This document shows, piece by piece, positions 34,725 through 50,345 of a stretch of DNA of 64,000 nt. Origin of the DNA: Yuukianura sp. NJ FZ-2021 (lineage: Eukaryota); NCBI GenBank assembly GCA_046563655.1, contig CM102286.1:2542001-2606000 (forward strand), given 5' to 3'. Under the pieces are notes generated by a model that had not been told where the DNA came from, ran no database searches, and saw only the letters and a program-made list of their open reading frames with translations. Positions within the stretch are counted from its first letter, which is position 1; each line of letters opens with the position of its first letter. The position numbers and the translations under genes were made by a program.

Positions 34725-37700
34725 TTTGTTGTTCTTTGAAACTTCTATCTCTCGGGTTTTATTGTATACTCAATACGGGTTTTAAAACAAAAGTGCTGAT
34801 CTTTGAAAAATATGTCTAATTTATAATAAAAAATTCACGGAAGTGACGCTTGACTTTTATGGTCTCGGTGGTTTGGGTTTTCCCGTTACATATCAGTCAA
34901 CCATAATTTTTAATTTTTAATTGAATGCTATTAGTCAAACGTAAATTGTTAATTAATTATCATTTATGGCCGGCGGTCCAAGGATGTCTTACAATCCTAA
35001 AAAGCCACTGATAAATTGACATACATTTTGAAAAATTGGCAGTTATTTGCGACATAATTGTCGACTCCGGACGGTTATAGAGGCAGACAGACAGACAAAG
35101 TCAAACCAATAAGCTTACGCTATTTAATAAATATAAAACTCATAAAAGTCTTTATATTTCATACATTTTTGTGTAATTTTTTTATTTGCTTGCCAAAAGC
35201 GTCTTTTCTTCTTCAAATACTGTAAATACTGTATTCTTCAATTATTGTTTTTAAATTATTGACCATTAATCAGTTTTTTCAGAAAACTTTAAAAACTGTT
35301 TATGGTTTGGGAGTGGTACTTTCTTGCCATCCATATTCGCTTTTTCCAAAATTTGAATTTATTTCTAACAATTTAAGAGAAAAAGTATAGCTTTTCATAA
35401 ATTCAATTTGTTCATATTCATAGGCTTAAATTTGAAAAACTTGTATCTCATAATTTTTATTCTGGTTTTAATTGCTTTACTTGACGAAACTGGATAAGTG
35501 CTACATAATCCGTGCTGTATTCAAAATCAAAGAAAAAAATTTTAAGTTGCAGGAATCCTACTAATTTAAACTTCAAAATGATGAAATTTGGGCTAATTTT
35601 TTAAACTTCACACCATTTTCCTCATGAAAACGTCAAGTTTTTCGTGTGAGAGCAAATGTAAAATTTGTTTGCCTTGATTTTACTTGTGTTACAAACTTGA
35701 TCACCGTGCTACAAAGCAAATCATAAACTGATATCTAAAATAAACTAATTGAACATTAAAAAAGAAAGCCTGAAGCTGCTTTAACTAGTTCATTAAATTC
35801 TACACCATTGAAATGCAAATTAAATGTAATCAAGACATCAAGCGACATGGAAGATGTGGGTTACACTAAGCAAACTAAAGTAACTAAAGAGGAACCTGCT
35901 TTGAATTCAATTCAGTAAGTGAATAGTGTCAACACTTTTTACAAACAATGCAAATCGTGCAAAGTGTGAATAACAAAAACCTTGAAATTCGAGTCAGTTC
36001 TAATTGGCCACTTAATTATCCCACTCAAAGTAGTTGTAAAAGGAAGTGTTGAAGAGATCAATTTCATAGCACTCAATTTCAACTACTATGTTGAGAGTTC
36101 GTAGTCGATTGATTGTAAACAATTGCTTAATATAGACAGAATATTGCTTATAAATTACCGTGATCAAGACTTGATCAATTTATTTTTTCAAAATAATTTT
36201 GATTGCTATCAAGTATGGTGTGGCCAGTGGGCATACAACTAATTTGCTTTGTGCAAATTGTAATTGCTAATTTATGCCCCAACTAAACCAACTTCTGTTG
36301 AAGTTCTCAACCTTCTCTGTCATGCGCAATTTGGAGCGAGGAGATTCAGGAATGTACGAGAGCGTAATTATAATTTTATGAACTGTCAGAAACTTGAATC
36401 TTTCATCATTTTTATTATGTGCCTAACAGTAGGCTACTCAATCTCAATAGCGTTGGTTAACCTACGCCAAAGACGCATTGCTTTTAATTGTTCATTCTTA
36501 AATCTTCAGGTTTTTTAGCAGAAAGTATGAATATGGACAAGAAAATTTATGACATCATAAATTTAGAACGAATTGGACGTTGAATGTCCATTGGGTCAAG
36601 TGACTTAATATACTGGAAGGCTGGAGGTCATGCACATTGCAATACAACAACACTCAAATTTTGTTTTGGACATTTTACCATTACTCTTTGCTACATTAGC
36701 ATCACAATGGTGACTTTTATACTTTTTCTTACAGTCAAAATCCGTGGGTGGTAAAGTTCGAACATAAATGTTAATTTCTGCATTTCAAGATTTACGTTAC
36801 ATAAATGTAATGCTAAAAATGTAATAAGTTGAGCAATATTTTATGCATTTCATTGTGGTAAAAGCAACATTCCATATTTATAACTTACGGTACAAAACAC
36901 ATTAGATACTCTTATTACAAATTACACTACACAGTAGATTTAGCATTTGAAACAACAGTGGTTTAATCTATTATAAATTTCTATTACAAAAAATTATGTA
37001 AATTTGAGCTTGAATTTCAATGACTTAATTAAGTACGTGTAGGATTGAACACCATGTTTGAATGTGTTGGTAAAAATATCGATCAATCCACCCATCGGAA
37101 CTGGAATTGATAAATGACTCTATTGACTTTTTGACTTTATGATTTAGTGTTTGGAATTCAATTTTTAATATATCAAAGTTAATATTCATTCTAAAGGTCA
37201 ATTACAGGAAATTTGTTAAGGGTGGATACACTATACTTTGGTGGATTTCAATATTTTACCATACGGCGGAGCTTAAATACAACAACAATGTTTAACCTAA
37301 CACTTAAGCTCCGCCCACTTTTGCTAAAGGTAATCCGTTAACGGTATAGTTAAATTTAAAAGTCATGGGAATTTAGTTAATTCAAATGTAATGGAAAAAG
37401 GTGTGTGTTTAATAAGATCTTCACCTTCACTGGTTCAGCAGTGCTCTCGTAGGGAATTGGGCTTAGTCAATTGTTGTCTAAGTCCACTTAATATTAGACG
37501 ATGATGATTGAGTAGTTGGGATTGGATATGGGCGTAAATGGGAACTTGTGTATACTTAACCTTGATTAATTGTAAATGGCAACTCCTTTATTCATTAATT
37601 GCGTCTTGAGATGTAAGGATTCCATTGTAGTTAACCAAAGCGTGGGTAGATTTAACAATATAATCCAAATTCAAAAACGGAATTTAACAATGGTCATCCG

Positions 37701-40700
37701 CTGTGCTAAGTGCTACAAGTTTTCTTGTCTGTCATCATTACAAGTGCGTACTTGAAACTTTGACAGCACGACATACACAAAAGGAATGGCGGAAATCAGA
37801 GCACTACAAAGTGTCAAACTACAAAAGATTTTTAAATTTAATTTTAACTTTTGCGAACCTTGAAATGTAGTAAAAATTTAAGCAGCTAAAATATCTCAAC
37901 TCAGCAATTTTAGTAAAAAACAAAAACAAAAATGTTAAATTTTCTGGTAAAGCTGATTTATGTTTTGGTTTGTTAAGCAAATTTTTCAAACATTTTAAAC
38001 AGTTTGTGCGTCAGCTACAGTTAAGTCTTAGGTGTGAGAAAATCTACGACATATTGGCACGATACCTGTTATGCTCGTAGTGTAATGGCGAAGAAACAGT
38101 TAGCAAAATGCTAATTAAATCCAAAGTTCAGCAAACTTTTTAGCTTTTTGTAGGTATAAAAGTGCTTGAACAATTTAAACGTCTTTCCTCCTTCCTTTTT
38201 GCCTCACGCCTCCACTCCTTCCCCCATTCATTCTTTAATTCAAAACTACAATTGACAAGTCTTCTGTGTTGCTAATAAGTTTGAATTAGTGGAAATGGAA
38301 ACCGGTTGTGTGCCTGGTTGCATTGTAGTTAACAGCTTCAGGCTGCGTTCGAATTGAAAAAGTCGTAAATATACCCAAACTCGCGCGTGCAATGCAAATT
38401 TCAAATCTAAATTTCACAACAGTCAACAATTTTAAGCGATTTTCTTTAGAATTCTCAAACTATACCAAAATCCGTAGGACAAAATTTGTGCAAATTTAAC
38501 AATTTTGCGAGAACAAATTTGAGTCAAAATTTGATCTAAAGTTGGCTTTATTTTTAAAACCCTCGGAATACTGCACGACTTGGGCATAAAGTTAATGTTG
38601 AACAATTAAAATGTTTCAACATCCGTATTCCAATCAAAATTTGTGACACGTACGAGCAAGTACATATGTCTACTACACAAAATAGGAGATCGGTTGTGAT
38701 ATTTGCGTTTCGTTGTCAAATAGGTGGAGCTGAGAAATCAATCAAGTGTCACGGTAGAGGCGGTTTGGTTCAAATTATTCCACCAGCGAGGAGGGAAATG
38801 TTAAGCTGGTTTGATGTGAAAAGGTGAACATTCAGATGGGACATTAATTGAGCCAGAGGTCAAGCCAATCAGTCAAACGCATCTCAGTGTGGACGTGTCA
38901 AGCGACTCAAATCAACCTGTTTTTCTTCAATTCATTCCACCTACCTACAACCTCCATTGTTCTCTAATCTTCTCTGCTTTTTGGCAACTCAGGTTCCTGC
39001 TGAAAGTCATTTCCATGTATATAAAAACAAGCAACATTTTCATTCGGCTGGAAATTTTAAAGTAAACTAAAATCAAGAAAATTTATCCTGGAGGTGAAAT
39101 TTAATACTCCAGAAGCGAAAAGATCAAAAGCATGGCATACACGAATAACAAGTTTTGAGTATATACTAAATTTAACGCAGATTTTGATATCATATAACAA
39201 AAATATAACAAAATAACATATAAAAAAGTTAATGTATAATGCATAATGTTAATATTTAACTACTCGCGTTAGTTATACGTGACTCTGTGGCCTTTTGCTC
39301 TACATTGCCGAAGAAAGTCCCACGCGACTCGTAATTAACGGAAATGTTATCAACACTTTTCAAAAGTTTTTTCTTCTGAGACTTTTCCCGCCGTTCCGTT
39401 GTGATTAATGGCAACTATAACCTTGTTCGAATTAATTTCAAAACCGTTTTGATTCTCCGATAAGTCATTTGCTTTAAAAGTCATAAAAATGTAGTAGAGT
39501 TCATGGTAAAATAACACTGTTTTCAACTAAAACTAAACCAAAACTTTTTGAATGTTGAAAAACGCTCTACTTTGAATTTTTTTTTGTTGAAACTGCAGTT
39601 TTAAGGACTTTGTAACTAAAACTGTTGTTATTTTTAGCGCGTCTAGTGACGGCAATGAAAGATGAAACGGAGCCAGACAGTCTCAAGAACCAAAAAATTT
39701 TGGCATGGGATTGAATAACACTAAATTTTGTTAAGTTGAGAGAAATTTAAAACAAAACTTCAAAAAACCAGTTGCGAAACGACAGTGTGCTGATAGTAAT
39801 GAAAAAGAAACATAAAAAAAAGTGACAATTCCCCAATGAACCATTACTTTATCCCTCCACGTTTGGAAGGCGGTAACCAACAAAATTTAAAACGTAATCG
39901 ACATTGGACGAGGCGTAGTTCTATGTACGCAAAAGACAATTAAATTTTGGCAATAGAAATTAATGTGTCTACTTTTTTGTCAGAAGTTCTTTTGAATTAT
40001 TCAGTTGCAGCAATCTTTTGACGTCCACAATTGCTTTCTTTACCTCTCAATGAATATGTTTTTGCACCTTTCTCTCTGGGTGGTTTTTGAATTTTAGTAT
40101 TTGCGTAATTATTACATCCTCATCCTCTACTTCAAAATTTCTGTACCCGCCCTTCCATTTTTTTTGAAATTTTTTTGAAAAGAAACAAGGGCCGTACTGG
40201 TAGTTAAAATTATCTAATTGCACTCATCTTTAACCGTTAGGCATCCGGGCTTTACAATTTTATGAATTTTTGCGCAGGATCTGCATAAGGGAAAGAACCA
40301 AAAGTTCAATTCAAAAGAGATTTCCATTTATTATTGCTCAGAAAAATTTTAATCTTAAACATAACGGAATGTTATAGGCAGTGGGCAGAGTTCGTAATTG
40401 CAAAAAAAACTCGATTTTAAGCTTGTCTATTCGAAGCAGATTTTTTAAAGAGATTTTTTATGTTAAAAGAACGGAAGGGTGTAATTTTCAGTGTGAAACT
40501 AATTGGAATTAGGAAAAGCAATTGAAGCACGTCTGTGCATGGTGGTGGGTGGGGTGTTAGGATGTAATTGGGGCGGTGGTTATAGTAAAGTTAAGGGTGG
40601 AACAATATAATTCTAACTGAACTTTAGCTTTTTTGAAAGAAAAAACTGTTAATTGGGTGAGATACTAAAGATTTTAATCTGTGTGAGAGAGTGCGAAAAT

Positions 40701-43700
40701 GTAATTTTTAAAAACAACCCCCACCCCCAATTCATCCCCGTCATTCTGCTGCTGCATGCTTATACTAAATGTAAATTTTGACGTTAAGTTCAAATTTTCG
40801 CAAAAAAGAGTTTTTTTTTTAAGTTTTGTTTAATTTTAGAATTTCTTTGAAATAGAAAGTTTGTATACGGCTGGAGTTTTTGGCTTTAAAAAGTATGCGG
40901 GCGGATTGACGTCTTTGGTGGCAAGAATTTAAGGATTTTGGCACAAAATTTGAGCGTCCTCCGAGAAAGATTATTTTCTAGATTACGTCAAAGGTTTTTG
41001 CAATTTTTTTTTGAAATTTGCAACATGTAACGTGTCTGTTCCACTTTCATAACACAACGGTTCGAGCCAAATATTTCTGCTTTTTTAATGTATGTAAGAT
41101 GCTACAATGTTTGAAATTTTTTAAACAAGCCCAAAAGTTCAAAATGACTACATTAAAGAGTGCTGTATCATATGAATACAGGATTCGCACACTACATAAA
41201 TCAGGCTTGAAAATTCTACAACATGTGCTGCATTACTTTTACTCAACTTCAAAGTTTCCAAAACAAATTTTCGAAAATTAGTTACGTGCGTAGCTTTAAA
41301 CAGTGAAATCGGGATACCATTCTGTTTGTCAAGAATTACGTGGGCTTATATTACCAAAAACTTATCAAATTCACCTTGTCCATTAATCAATTTACTCCAC
41401 TTCCCATAAACACTTAAGTGTAGTAAAGTCAAACATAAATTTGATAAGGCTTATTCAAGAAGTAATTCAATTTCAATTGGTAATTTTGTTCCAATTATTG
41501 CTTCTTGTGTAGAGTATAATACACTTTAGTTCCAACGTTAAAGTAAAAGTGCTTTTAACAAATTGTGACACTACTCTAATTGTAAATTGCAACTAACAAA
41601 ACAAATTGCTGTGATGTAGTAAAGTTGACGCAGAAGACTAATAATCGTAAGCTGTCCTCTGCGTCACCACCACTTTGCTAAAAGTAGTAAGTGTATTCGT
41701 ATTCACAACTTTTGGCAAATGAATGAATCAGTGGTGCTTTCCAATCCGCCTAAGATTAGAAGGGAGAGAAATGAAAGAGTCCAGCATGGATTCAAATGAC
41801 TTTCCGTTGATTCACCAGTGCTAAAATCTCTTTTCGCAATAAATTTTGCACGGTTGTATTTGGACAAGATGCGGTCGATAGGGTCAGGGTGGGTACAAAA
41901 GTACATAAAAAAATGTCTTTTATACTTTTAAGTTGTAGAACATAATCTGAAGAAGATGAGGGTTGAATATGCTTTTGAATTCGATGTTGACTCAACCACT
42001 TGTTCCTTATTAAGGTTCTACCACCGCTAAAACTCCCTTTATGACCCGGGCAAATAAAGTGGGCTTTTGGGATACACGCATTCAATCTAACTCGATTTTA
42101 GGATTTTTTGTATGCCTTTTTGAAATGAACAACACAAAAAACAGACAAAACAGATCTTCTGGCTGGTACCAGTTTCCCCCTGGCTATTAAAACTGGTAAC
42201 ATCGTTCGTTAGTACCGTAAAACCTCGCTTACACGCCGCCTAACAGGTTCATTACAGAGAAAACTCAAAATTTGAGTAAGAAATTTTAGTAGTGGAAAAC
42301 ATACAGGAAAAACATTTTCATCACAGCGAAAAAATTTCGGCAGAAATTTTTCCTGATAACGACTTTTTTCGATGTAATAATTTCTGTGCGTTGTGGATTT
42401 TCGAAATCCGGTTTCACATTTGTTAGATTTTTTCAAGCTCAAAATTTTTGTTCGAAATGATAAAATTTACAATATCTGAACTTAGAAATTTCTATGAAAC
42501 AGTTCTTACTTTCTATGTTTCGATTCAAATTACTGAAAACCACAGAGAAAATTTTGGTTTTCTTTTGAGGTAAAAATGCATCCACTACTGAAAATGTATT
42601 TCGTGACCTTTGTTTGTCTTTGGCTGCATTCATTGACCTACTGTAGTAAAGACGTAGTTCGAATGTCACAAATTCAAAAAAAAAAAGATTTTTCTGTGGT
42701 TAATTAGAAACTTTACGGTAAACGTTTTTTTCTTGGCTTTGAATATTACTATGGTTTGACTCCTGAAAGCCTGCAGACACGCTGACTTCAGCTTGAGCGT
42801 GTAGAGCTCTTACTAAAACTTCCACTCCCAGACTAACTTTTACGAAGGATTGGAGTGGATAAGCACACAAAACATACAATAGGTTGGGCACAACTAAAAG
42901 TTTGTAAAAGTGCCCAATGTGTGTGGATTATGTGCAAAGAACTCTTCAGTTGTAAAAGTGACGCACGTGGAGAGAGACCTATTGTTAAGTCTATAAGTAA
43001 AGGCTATAACAACTTTAGCATTTTTAATTAAATTCAAGGAGGAGTGTAATTGTAATCTGAGAAGAACTGGAATACGACCCTGCAAATTTGAATTTTAAAA
43101 ATTGCGCTCTTCCGTTCCCACCATAATACTCTTACTGCATCAGCAGAGGATTGTAATCAGTGAATCATAATTTGTCAACTTAAGATCTTTTCAGCTCTAC
43201 AGTTCATCTTTTGAACTCTGGAACTGAGTCGACCAATTTGCAAAGTGACGCTGCTAATTTCACAAAGTTGAGAAAGTTTCTCATACAGATCATCACTTTC
43301 AATTCATTTGGCCTCTGCTAACTTGAGAAGAATTAAGGACAAGTCAATTAAAAGTGCAAAGACAATTGAATTTAAACAATTGACTATGAAAGGAATGAGA
43401 AGTGGTTGAGCGTTGGCGAATTCCTAATGTCCTGAAATTGTCAAGTGAAAGCAAATTGCAAACTGAAATTTCGAATTCTGCTAACGATGCTGAAGCTAAA
43501 CTGCCAGAAGCCAAGTAGCGTTGTGACGACAATAGATAATTAAATTCGAAGCAATTAATTTTACCATTGCAAATTTAAATACTTTGAACGCTGTACGGTT
43601 TGGAGAAAAACTTTTCGCAAAAATTACTTTGGACGCTGTGTGCCTTACAGGCGAAACTTTTTACAAAATGGAACTTGGAAAACGGTAAGAGCTAAAATTG

Positions 43701-46700
43701 TCATAATTTTCAAAAGTTATTGATAACGAATAGAAATTTTGAAAAAATTCTTTTTCGCGCCTTTATATTTTATATAAGAAATGACTTGCAGTAGTTTTAG
43801 TTGCATGCAATTTGCAATTATTTTTTTTATACTTTATGTATATGCGTGATTCACACAACGTAAGTAGTGATGATCGATAAGTGTTTTGCAACGCGGGAAT
43901 TTAATTATTTGGTCTTTAAATGATCGTAAATGATACTTCTGCGAAAGTGCCACTTTTCAAATTTCCTTCAACTTACCTCGCAATTTATGGTAGTTTTTTC
44001 ATTAAGTCGAATTGCATAAATTGCTATTATGTAAAAAAAAACAATTAGTGTTGAAAAAGATATTTTACGAGAGAAAGTTGACACTTCATAAGGAAAAATT
44101 TAAGAATATCGTTACGCTTGAAATAGGAAAAAATTGGGCTCGGTTCCATCCATCCGTACGAAATGAAGACAAGCGTCAAAGACAAAAGCATCAATCAAAA
44201 TACGGCGCCTTTTTTTCTCGTATGCAATATACACGTATTGGTCAGTTTATTGGTTTTTAAATTTACCACTGTCAGAAAGTGTCAATGGCCACTTAGAATT
44301 TAAATCAGCCTTTCCCTAGTTGAGAACTTTCGCTTTTAGTTTTTAGCATAGTGATGGACATGCATACGCATAAGTTGTGCGTTGTGTATATCGTGTCTGC
44401 GTGTATTGAACCTACGACGTATGATAGATGACTACGACATGTTGCAGAGTACTTATTTTTAAGTGCCTTGCCTCACGTCCTGGACAAGTAAAATGGAGTC
44501 TTAAGGAGGATGAAGGGAGAGGGGGATGCAATTTCAACTGATTTGAAAAAAGGCTCTCTGGGATCCTGTTTCCATTTGATGAAGTAACACACATGAAACA
44601 TAAAACAGATTTCCAACCCCTTCAACTTCTCTACCTTGGCTCCATGTCTTTGGAAGTGTACTAAATTGAAGGGAGGCTAAACAATATCTATTTTTAAAAT
44701 AGGCTTAATGCATAGGGCATGTCTCAATTTTTAGATTTTTCAAATTGACCTGTAAAGTGTTTTACAAAAGTGCTAGGGAAGCTCTTACCTAATTTTAGAA
44801 CAGCGTAAAAATTTTTACCTTAACTTCGTAACCTGGCTTACCGCAGAATGTGATGCATACAATGTCATATACAATGTAATATTTATTTATATATTACTTT
44901 GTTGTTATAATATTTCATTGAAAATCAGACGTTGAAACTGGAAAAACTGTCATCAAATTTGCAAACTACAGCGGTTTCTTGTACATACAAAGAATTTGCT
45001 CGTTAGCGGACGCTGATATAATGCAGGCTCAAATTACAAATTCGTGATTTTATTGTGAAAGTTAAACTTTTGCTTTCTTTTGGTTTGTTTGTAAGATATA
45101 TCAGTGTAGTTGATTGCATTAGCTCCACTGTACTAAACAACAAGGTAAAGTGACATACGAAAAAAAGGAAGAAATTTGTCCCACAAATTTTTGAGTTTTA
45201 GCTTATATCACCAAACTTTGGAAATTGGTTACGCATTGTCGAGAAGCAGCAATGCGAATGATTCTGAAGGCTGCTTTCAACTGTCGGTGTTGTTTAATTT
45301 GTGCGAGGGTTAATGGCTTTAAGGCGTGAAGGATGGGTCTTTAACAGTGCAAACATTGTTAAAGTTAGTTGCAAAAAGAGTTGCCAAAGTGCATCAAATC
45401 CTATTAAGTCATTTCGTCTCACTTTCAACCTCATCTTTTTGTTCTGCTCAAAGGACAATTCTTCATTGTGACTTATCAGCTTCAGAATTGGGGCAAGGTA
45501 CTTCAGTTAGACTTTCATTTAATAAGCCGTGAATCTACCACTGTCATTCTCTTTTCTAAATCTGACAGAACAGAGGCAATACCGTACAATTTTTTGAAAT
45601 GGAAGACAGTTACCGTAAATTTTGAAAAAAAAAATCCGCTTTTGATCAAGTCTTATGAAAAATTTGTTAGCCCTGCTGAGTTGTACAGGAATGGAATAGG
45701 GCATGTACAAGTTGGGAATTATTTGGAGTTTTACGGTAACTTGCATGTTTCAAGTTCCAAATGATTTCGTTAGGCACATTGACTCATGAATACCAGTGGA
45801 ACAATTGTGATTGATCAATGAGGCATAGCGTTATAGTTGTAACGCAAGGCTTTATGAATTATGAATTTTGTAATTGAGTGTAACTATGTGAATTTTGAGA
45901 CAAGAAGGAAGTTTCAGCAGTTGGTTTCTGTCAAGGATTTTTTCTTACAAAGTTTCCTATTTAGTGTGTATTGATTTAACAAATGGAAACAATAAATTTA
46001 TTCTTCTGTTTGCAATTCATTCACATTTTCTTGTTTTCTGCCAATTTCAAATGAGTCATCAATTGTTTTCTGATTTAAAAGTAAGGATAACAGTCATTCA
46101 ATAACAATGAATCAACTATTGTAAATGATTTAAGTAGATCAGCATATCCTGCTCACTCAACTTTGTTTTTACATAGTCATTTCCCATTGGACTGGAAAAA
46201 AGAATGCCAAAAAAGAAGAAAATCGTGATTTTTAATTTTTCCGGTACATTCAAACTCGAAATTTTCCAGTTCCGCTGCTAATCTTTAGCAAAAATACAAA
46301 ATTCGTGTATTTTTTTTTGTTTGTTTTTGATGAGTTAGCGGTTTTGGAGTCGTAAAATTGTTAGCCCTTTTTGGTAAAACTGAAAACCAGAATTTACTAA
46401 ACATTTTAATTGTATTTCCTCGTGCAAATTTCTTCAACACTTTTACTATTCAAGTTGCAAGATTTGGTAACGTCTCCGTCTGGTAAAGAAGTTACAGCCG
46501 AATTGGTCGTAACTCCAAAACCAAAACCTATAACGCTATCATCGTTGCGCTTCTGTGAACTTTCAGCTTTTTTCTTCCTGTTGCTTCCCTGTGTTGAGCA
46601 AGGCCTTGCATTAGACATTAAGAACTTTGTAGCCCATAACTTTTGTATTTTCTGCTTCCAGAAAAGCTTCACAGCTTTGGTTTAAGGAAAATTTTCAAAC

Positions 46701-49700
46701 AGACGCTCGTTTGAGCCTTAACTGTTGTTACTTTGAAAAGTGAAGTTTTTGAGCACAGTTGGAAATGACAGGACCTTCTAAATCCGAAAGATGATGAGAT
46801 TTTCAGGCCATTGTGGTAGCCCGGGGAAAATTAACCTTTGGAAACGGGCCTTAAGGGTCGCTGGAGGCCATCCTCCCTCAATTTTTCAAAATTTCATCTG
46901 TTGCTTCTGGGCAGAGAGCTGACAGGAAGAAAACAAAGGAAGAGGGGACTTAAGGGATCGTTTTTGAAAAAAAATGAAAAAGAGCCCTGAAACTTGCTAC
47001 ACGGTCCTGGAACGGGACATGAAACTTGTTTTGAATTTCCCCTCCATTTTCCAGATGGAGGGAAAAAGTGAGCGTCCAAATTTAAACTTTCCATCTGCTC
47101 TTTTTAAACTTTTTTAAACACAAATTATCCCGCGCATCTCCTGTTCCTAATTAGTACATCGGCTAAATTTAGCTTAACTTTGTAAATAAGAAAAAAAACT
47201 GGAAAACTTTGAAATTTATTTCTGGGCACAATCAAATTTAGACGTTTCCTACCTCCTGATATGCTAATGTTACATGAAATTTGTAAAAAAGGAATTAAAA
47301 AAGTGACAAATAGAATAGTTTAGAAGCAGGAAGTTTGTGCGCATGAGCCTTGAAGGTCTTGTCTTCATCTCATCACTTTTTACACGGAAAAATGATTAAT
47401 TGAATTATTACATTAAAAGAAGACGAGCACTGGACAAGGTTTGTCCATGATTCGTGTATGCCCTGGAGGCAAAACATTTCAAAAAATTCAAATCTTCCCT
47501 CCGTCACATGAAAGTTGACAGACAAGACAAGGTGGTGGCAACTGGTTTTTGTTGTTGATGATCTTGCTCATGAAAACTTAATGTTCTCGTATCTTCATTT
47601 TGCTTTTAAGCTGACTTGTCCTTTTCAAATTTTTGGAATGGGGTAATTTCCTGTTTTTTCAAAAATCTTGTTTAAAAAAAAGACAAAAGATTGGAACAGG
47701 AACTGAAAATTGAAAGTAAAATTTTCTAGTTACCGTTAATTTTACTTCCCATTTTTGTTAGTTTTTTGATGAGTTCGTGACATGGTCCTAACTCTTACCT
47801 GGTCCACGTTTCAATTTCAATTCAGTTCATGACTTTTGTGCACAAAAGTGCAAAGAACTAGGCACTAACCAATCAGGAATCAGTAAAGAATTACAATATG
47901 CTAGTTTAAAAAGGGGCGTTTTGGACACAGGGGCGTTGAATCCCGATTTTGCCAAAACAGTAAAACTAGGAAGTGCCAAACCTCATTAAAGCTTTAAAAC
48001 TAATGGATTCCTGTAGATTTTGATGCAGTTTTAGTAGCAAAGAAGGCAAAATTTCACAATTTGCAAAAACTTGAATGAACTTTGCACCTCAACTTTTGTT
48101 TTTGCAAAAAGTGGATCTATAACAGTTAATTGACTTGTAATAATTCACTGTTTCGATCAAATGGAAAACACTCCTAAAAGGCTTTTAAAAGTGATTAATC
48201 TGTAGTTTGCAATTAATCTCATTGGATATGTGTGTATCAAGGTAAATTTCAAGGTAGGCTAAACATAATTTACAAAATCAAAAGTACATTTTGTGGTTTA
48301 TTTAATGGATGCATGTTTTTGCACTTTTTGTACAACGCCAAAAATGTTATCATAAAAAGTGACCGTATTAAATAAATTTGAATGTAATTGAACTTTCAGA
48401 TCAGATTTGACACTGCGCAGAAGCATATTGCGAAACAACTAATTTTGTCACTTCTGCGCATACAAAATGCCTAATTATACATTATTAATAAATACTATAT
48501 ATGCTAATAACAATAATATTATAATAACTGCTAGCAAAATTTAGTATAATAATGGTAAATGCTATTGTATGAATACCTTAAGCATACCGTAGTTTTCCAC
48601 ATAGTGCACTATAGTTTGGCAGGTATTAAAGATGATTATTTGGAATTCCACGGTAATGTTTAAAGTGACTCCAAATGTATTATGGGAAGAGGAAGTACTT
48701 TTTAGTAAGTAAGAAAAAGTAAACAGAATATTTGTGATTGTTCAATGTTTTATCAAACCTATTTATTGCAAACAATGCGTTTTGACGCTAACAATTTCGA
48801 AGCGTCGTTCCATGTTATTTTTTGAAAATACTATCTTATCCGAAAAAGACTTTGGTTTCTGTTGAAAAGTCCACTTTTTATTGTGTGTATGATCGTGATC
48901 CACAGAGCTACTACACAGTTACTCCATTTTCGTGTTCCTCCTCTTCCAAGTACATTTTTTATTACAAGTACATTTCATTTTGATGTGTCAAGTTCTGAAG
49001 TGTAAACACTTTGTAAGATGCTCAAGAAGTCGCCGTTCCGTCTGGTCTTCCATCCCCACGTCCTTCACACGTCTTTTTCTTCTTCTTCTTTCCAAGTGCT
49101 CTTATGTTGACCTTCTTCCTTGGTCAGAAGTCACTCAACCGAGAGTTCATCTTTTTTATGACGCAGAGTTGAGCAGCAGAAGTTTTAGTGATTTATATAG
49201 AAAGCATCTGAACAGATTCTGTGGAGGTTTTGTAAGAGGTCACTGCGTTTTTTAGATGAAAGAATCAAGGAAACTGAAGAGAAAGATCAAAATGTCAAAG
49301 ACATTTTTCTGTGCGGCAAGGCAACTGGCACATTCAGCTCGTCTTCAACTTGGAGGAAATTGTTCAAAAAAGTACAACTTTTAAAAGAATTCCAACTTTA
49401 TAAAAAAAATATTTCGTAGCTAATGACAACATTACGGCGGTGGCGCCAGAAGTAAAAGAATTTCTGAAGAATTCCGATGACGCTAGAATTCCTAAAACTG
49501 AAATGGCAAAAACGAACAACACCTAAAAAGTTGTTTGAATTTCTGGTTTTGGCTTTAAGAGGAAAAACATGCTTGTTATATTTGCACAAACACATTAGAA
49601 GTTTTTGTACTTTTTCGCCGGACTTTTTAGGTTGTGTTGGTACGTTTTTCGAGCTTATTTGAAAATTCTGAGTCATTTGACGTAAAATTTCCTTTTCCAA

Positions 49701-50016
49701 ATTGTGTACACAACAATGTGTGTTATGACAAGGTCACTTCTGTCTGTCCTCTAAGGTTTATTCTTGGTCATACCAGAAATAACAATTCGGACCTTAATTA
49801 CGCCACCAATTTAGTAATTGTTGGACTTGTATATGTATATGCTCCTGTTGACCATGAATTTGTTCCCTCCAATTTTCAAAAAATCATTTGCTTATGTGTA
49901 CATAATGAGTTGAAGCGTGACGGGTTTCGTTCAATGTAGCTGACGGTTACGACGCAGAAAAATTTAGTTTTGCCTTGGAAAAAAGTCGTTGAGAAAACAG
50001 AGTTCGGCACTTTTGC

Positions 50017-50345
50017 TCCGCTCCCATGCACCCGCTCCCCGCTCTTTTGCCTCTACCCTCCGCTCCCATGCACCCGCTCCCCGCTCTTTTGCCTCTATCC
50101 TCCGCTCCCATGCACCCGCTCCCCGCTCTTTTGCCTCTACCCTCCGCTCCCATGCACCCGCTCCCCGCTCTTTTGCCTCTATCCTCCGCTCCCATGCACC
50201 CGCTCCCCGCTCTTTTGCCTCTACCCTCCGCTCCCATGCACCCGCTCCCCGCTCTTTTGCCCATACTCTCCGCTCCCATGCACCCGCTCCCCGCTCTTTT
50301 GCCCCTACTCCCCGCTCTCAAGCGATCTTTTCCCGCTCCCCGATC
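50017..50345 (+). repeat. 42-bp tandem repeat (~7 copies) ccgctcccatgcacccgctccccgctcttttgcctcta(c/t)cct
   Basis: Directly visible; explains the repetitive ORFs in several frames. Confidence 0.95.

Noticed and set aside
50017..50345. Possible CRISPR array
   Set aside because: Contiguous tandem units without unique spacers, no cas genes, eukaryotic context.
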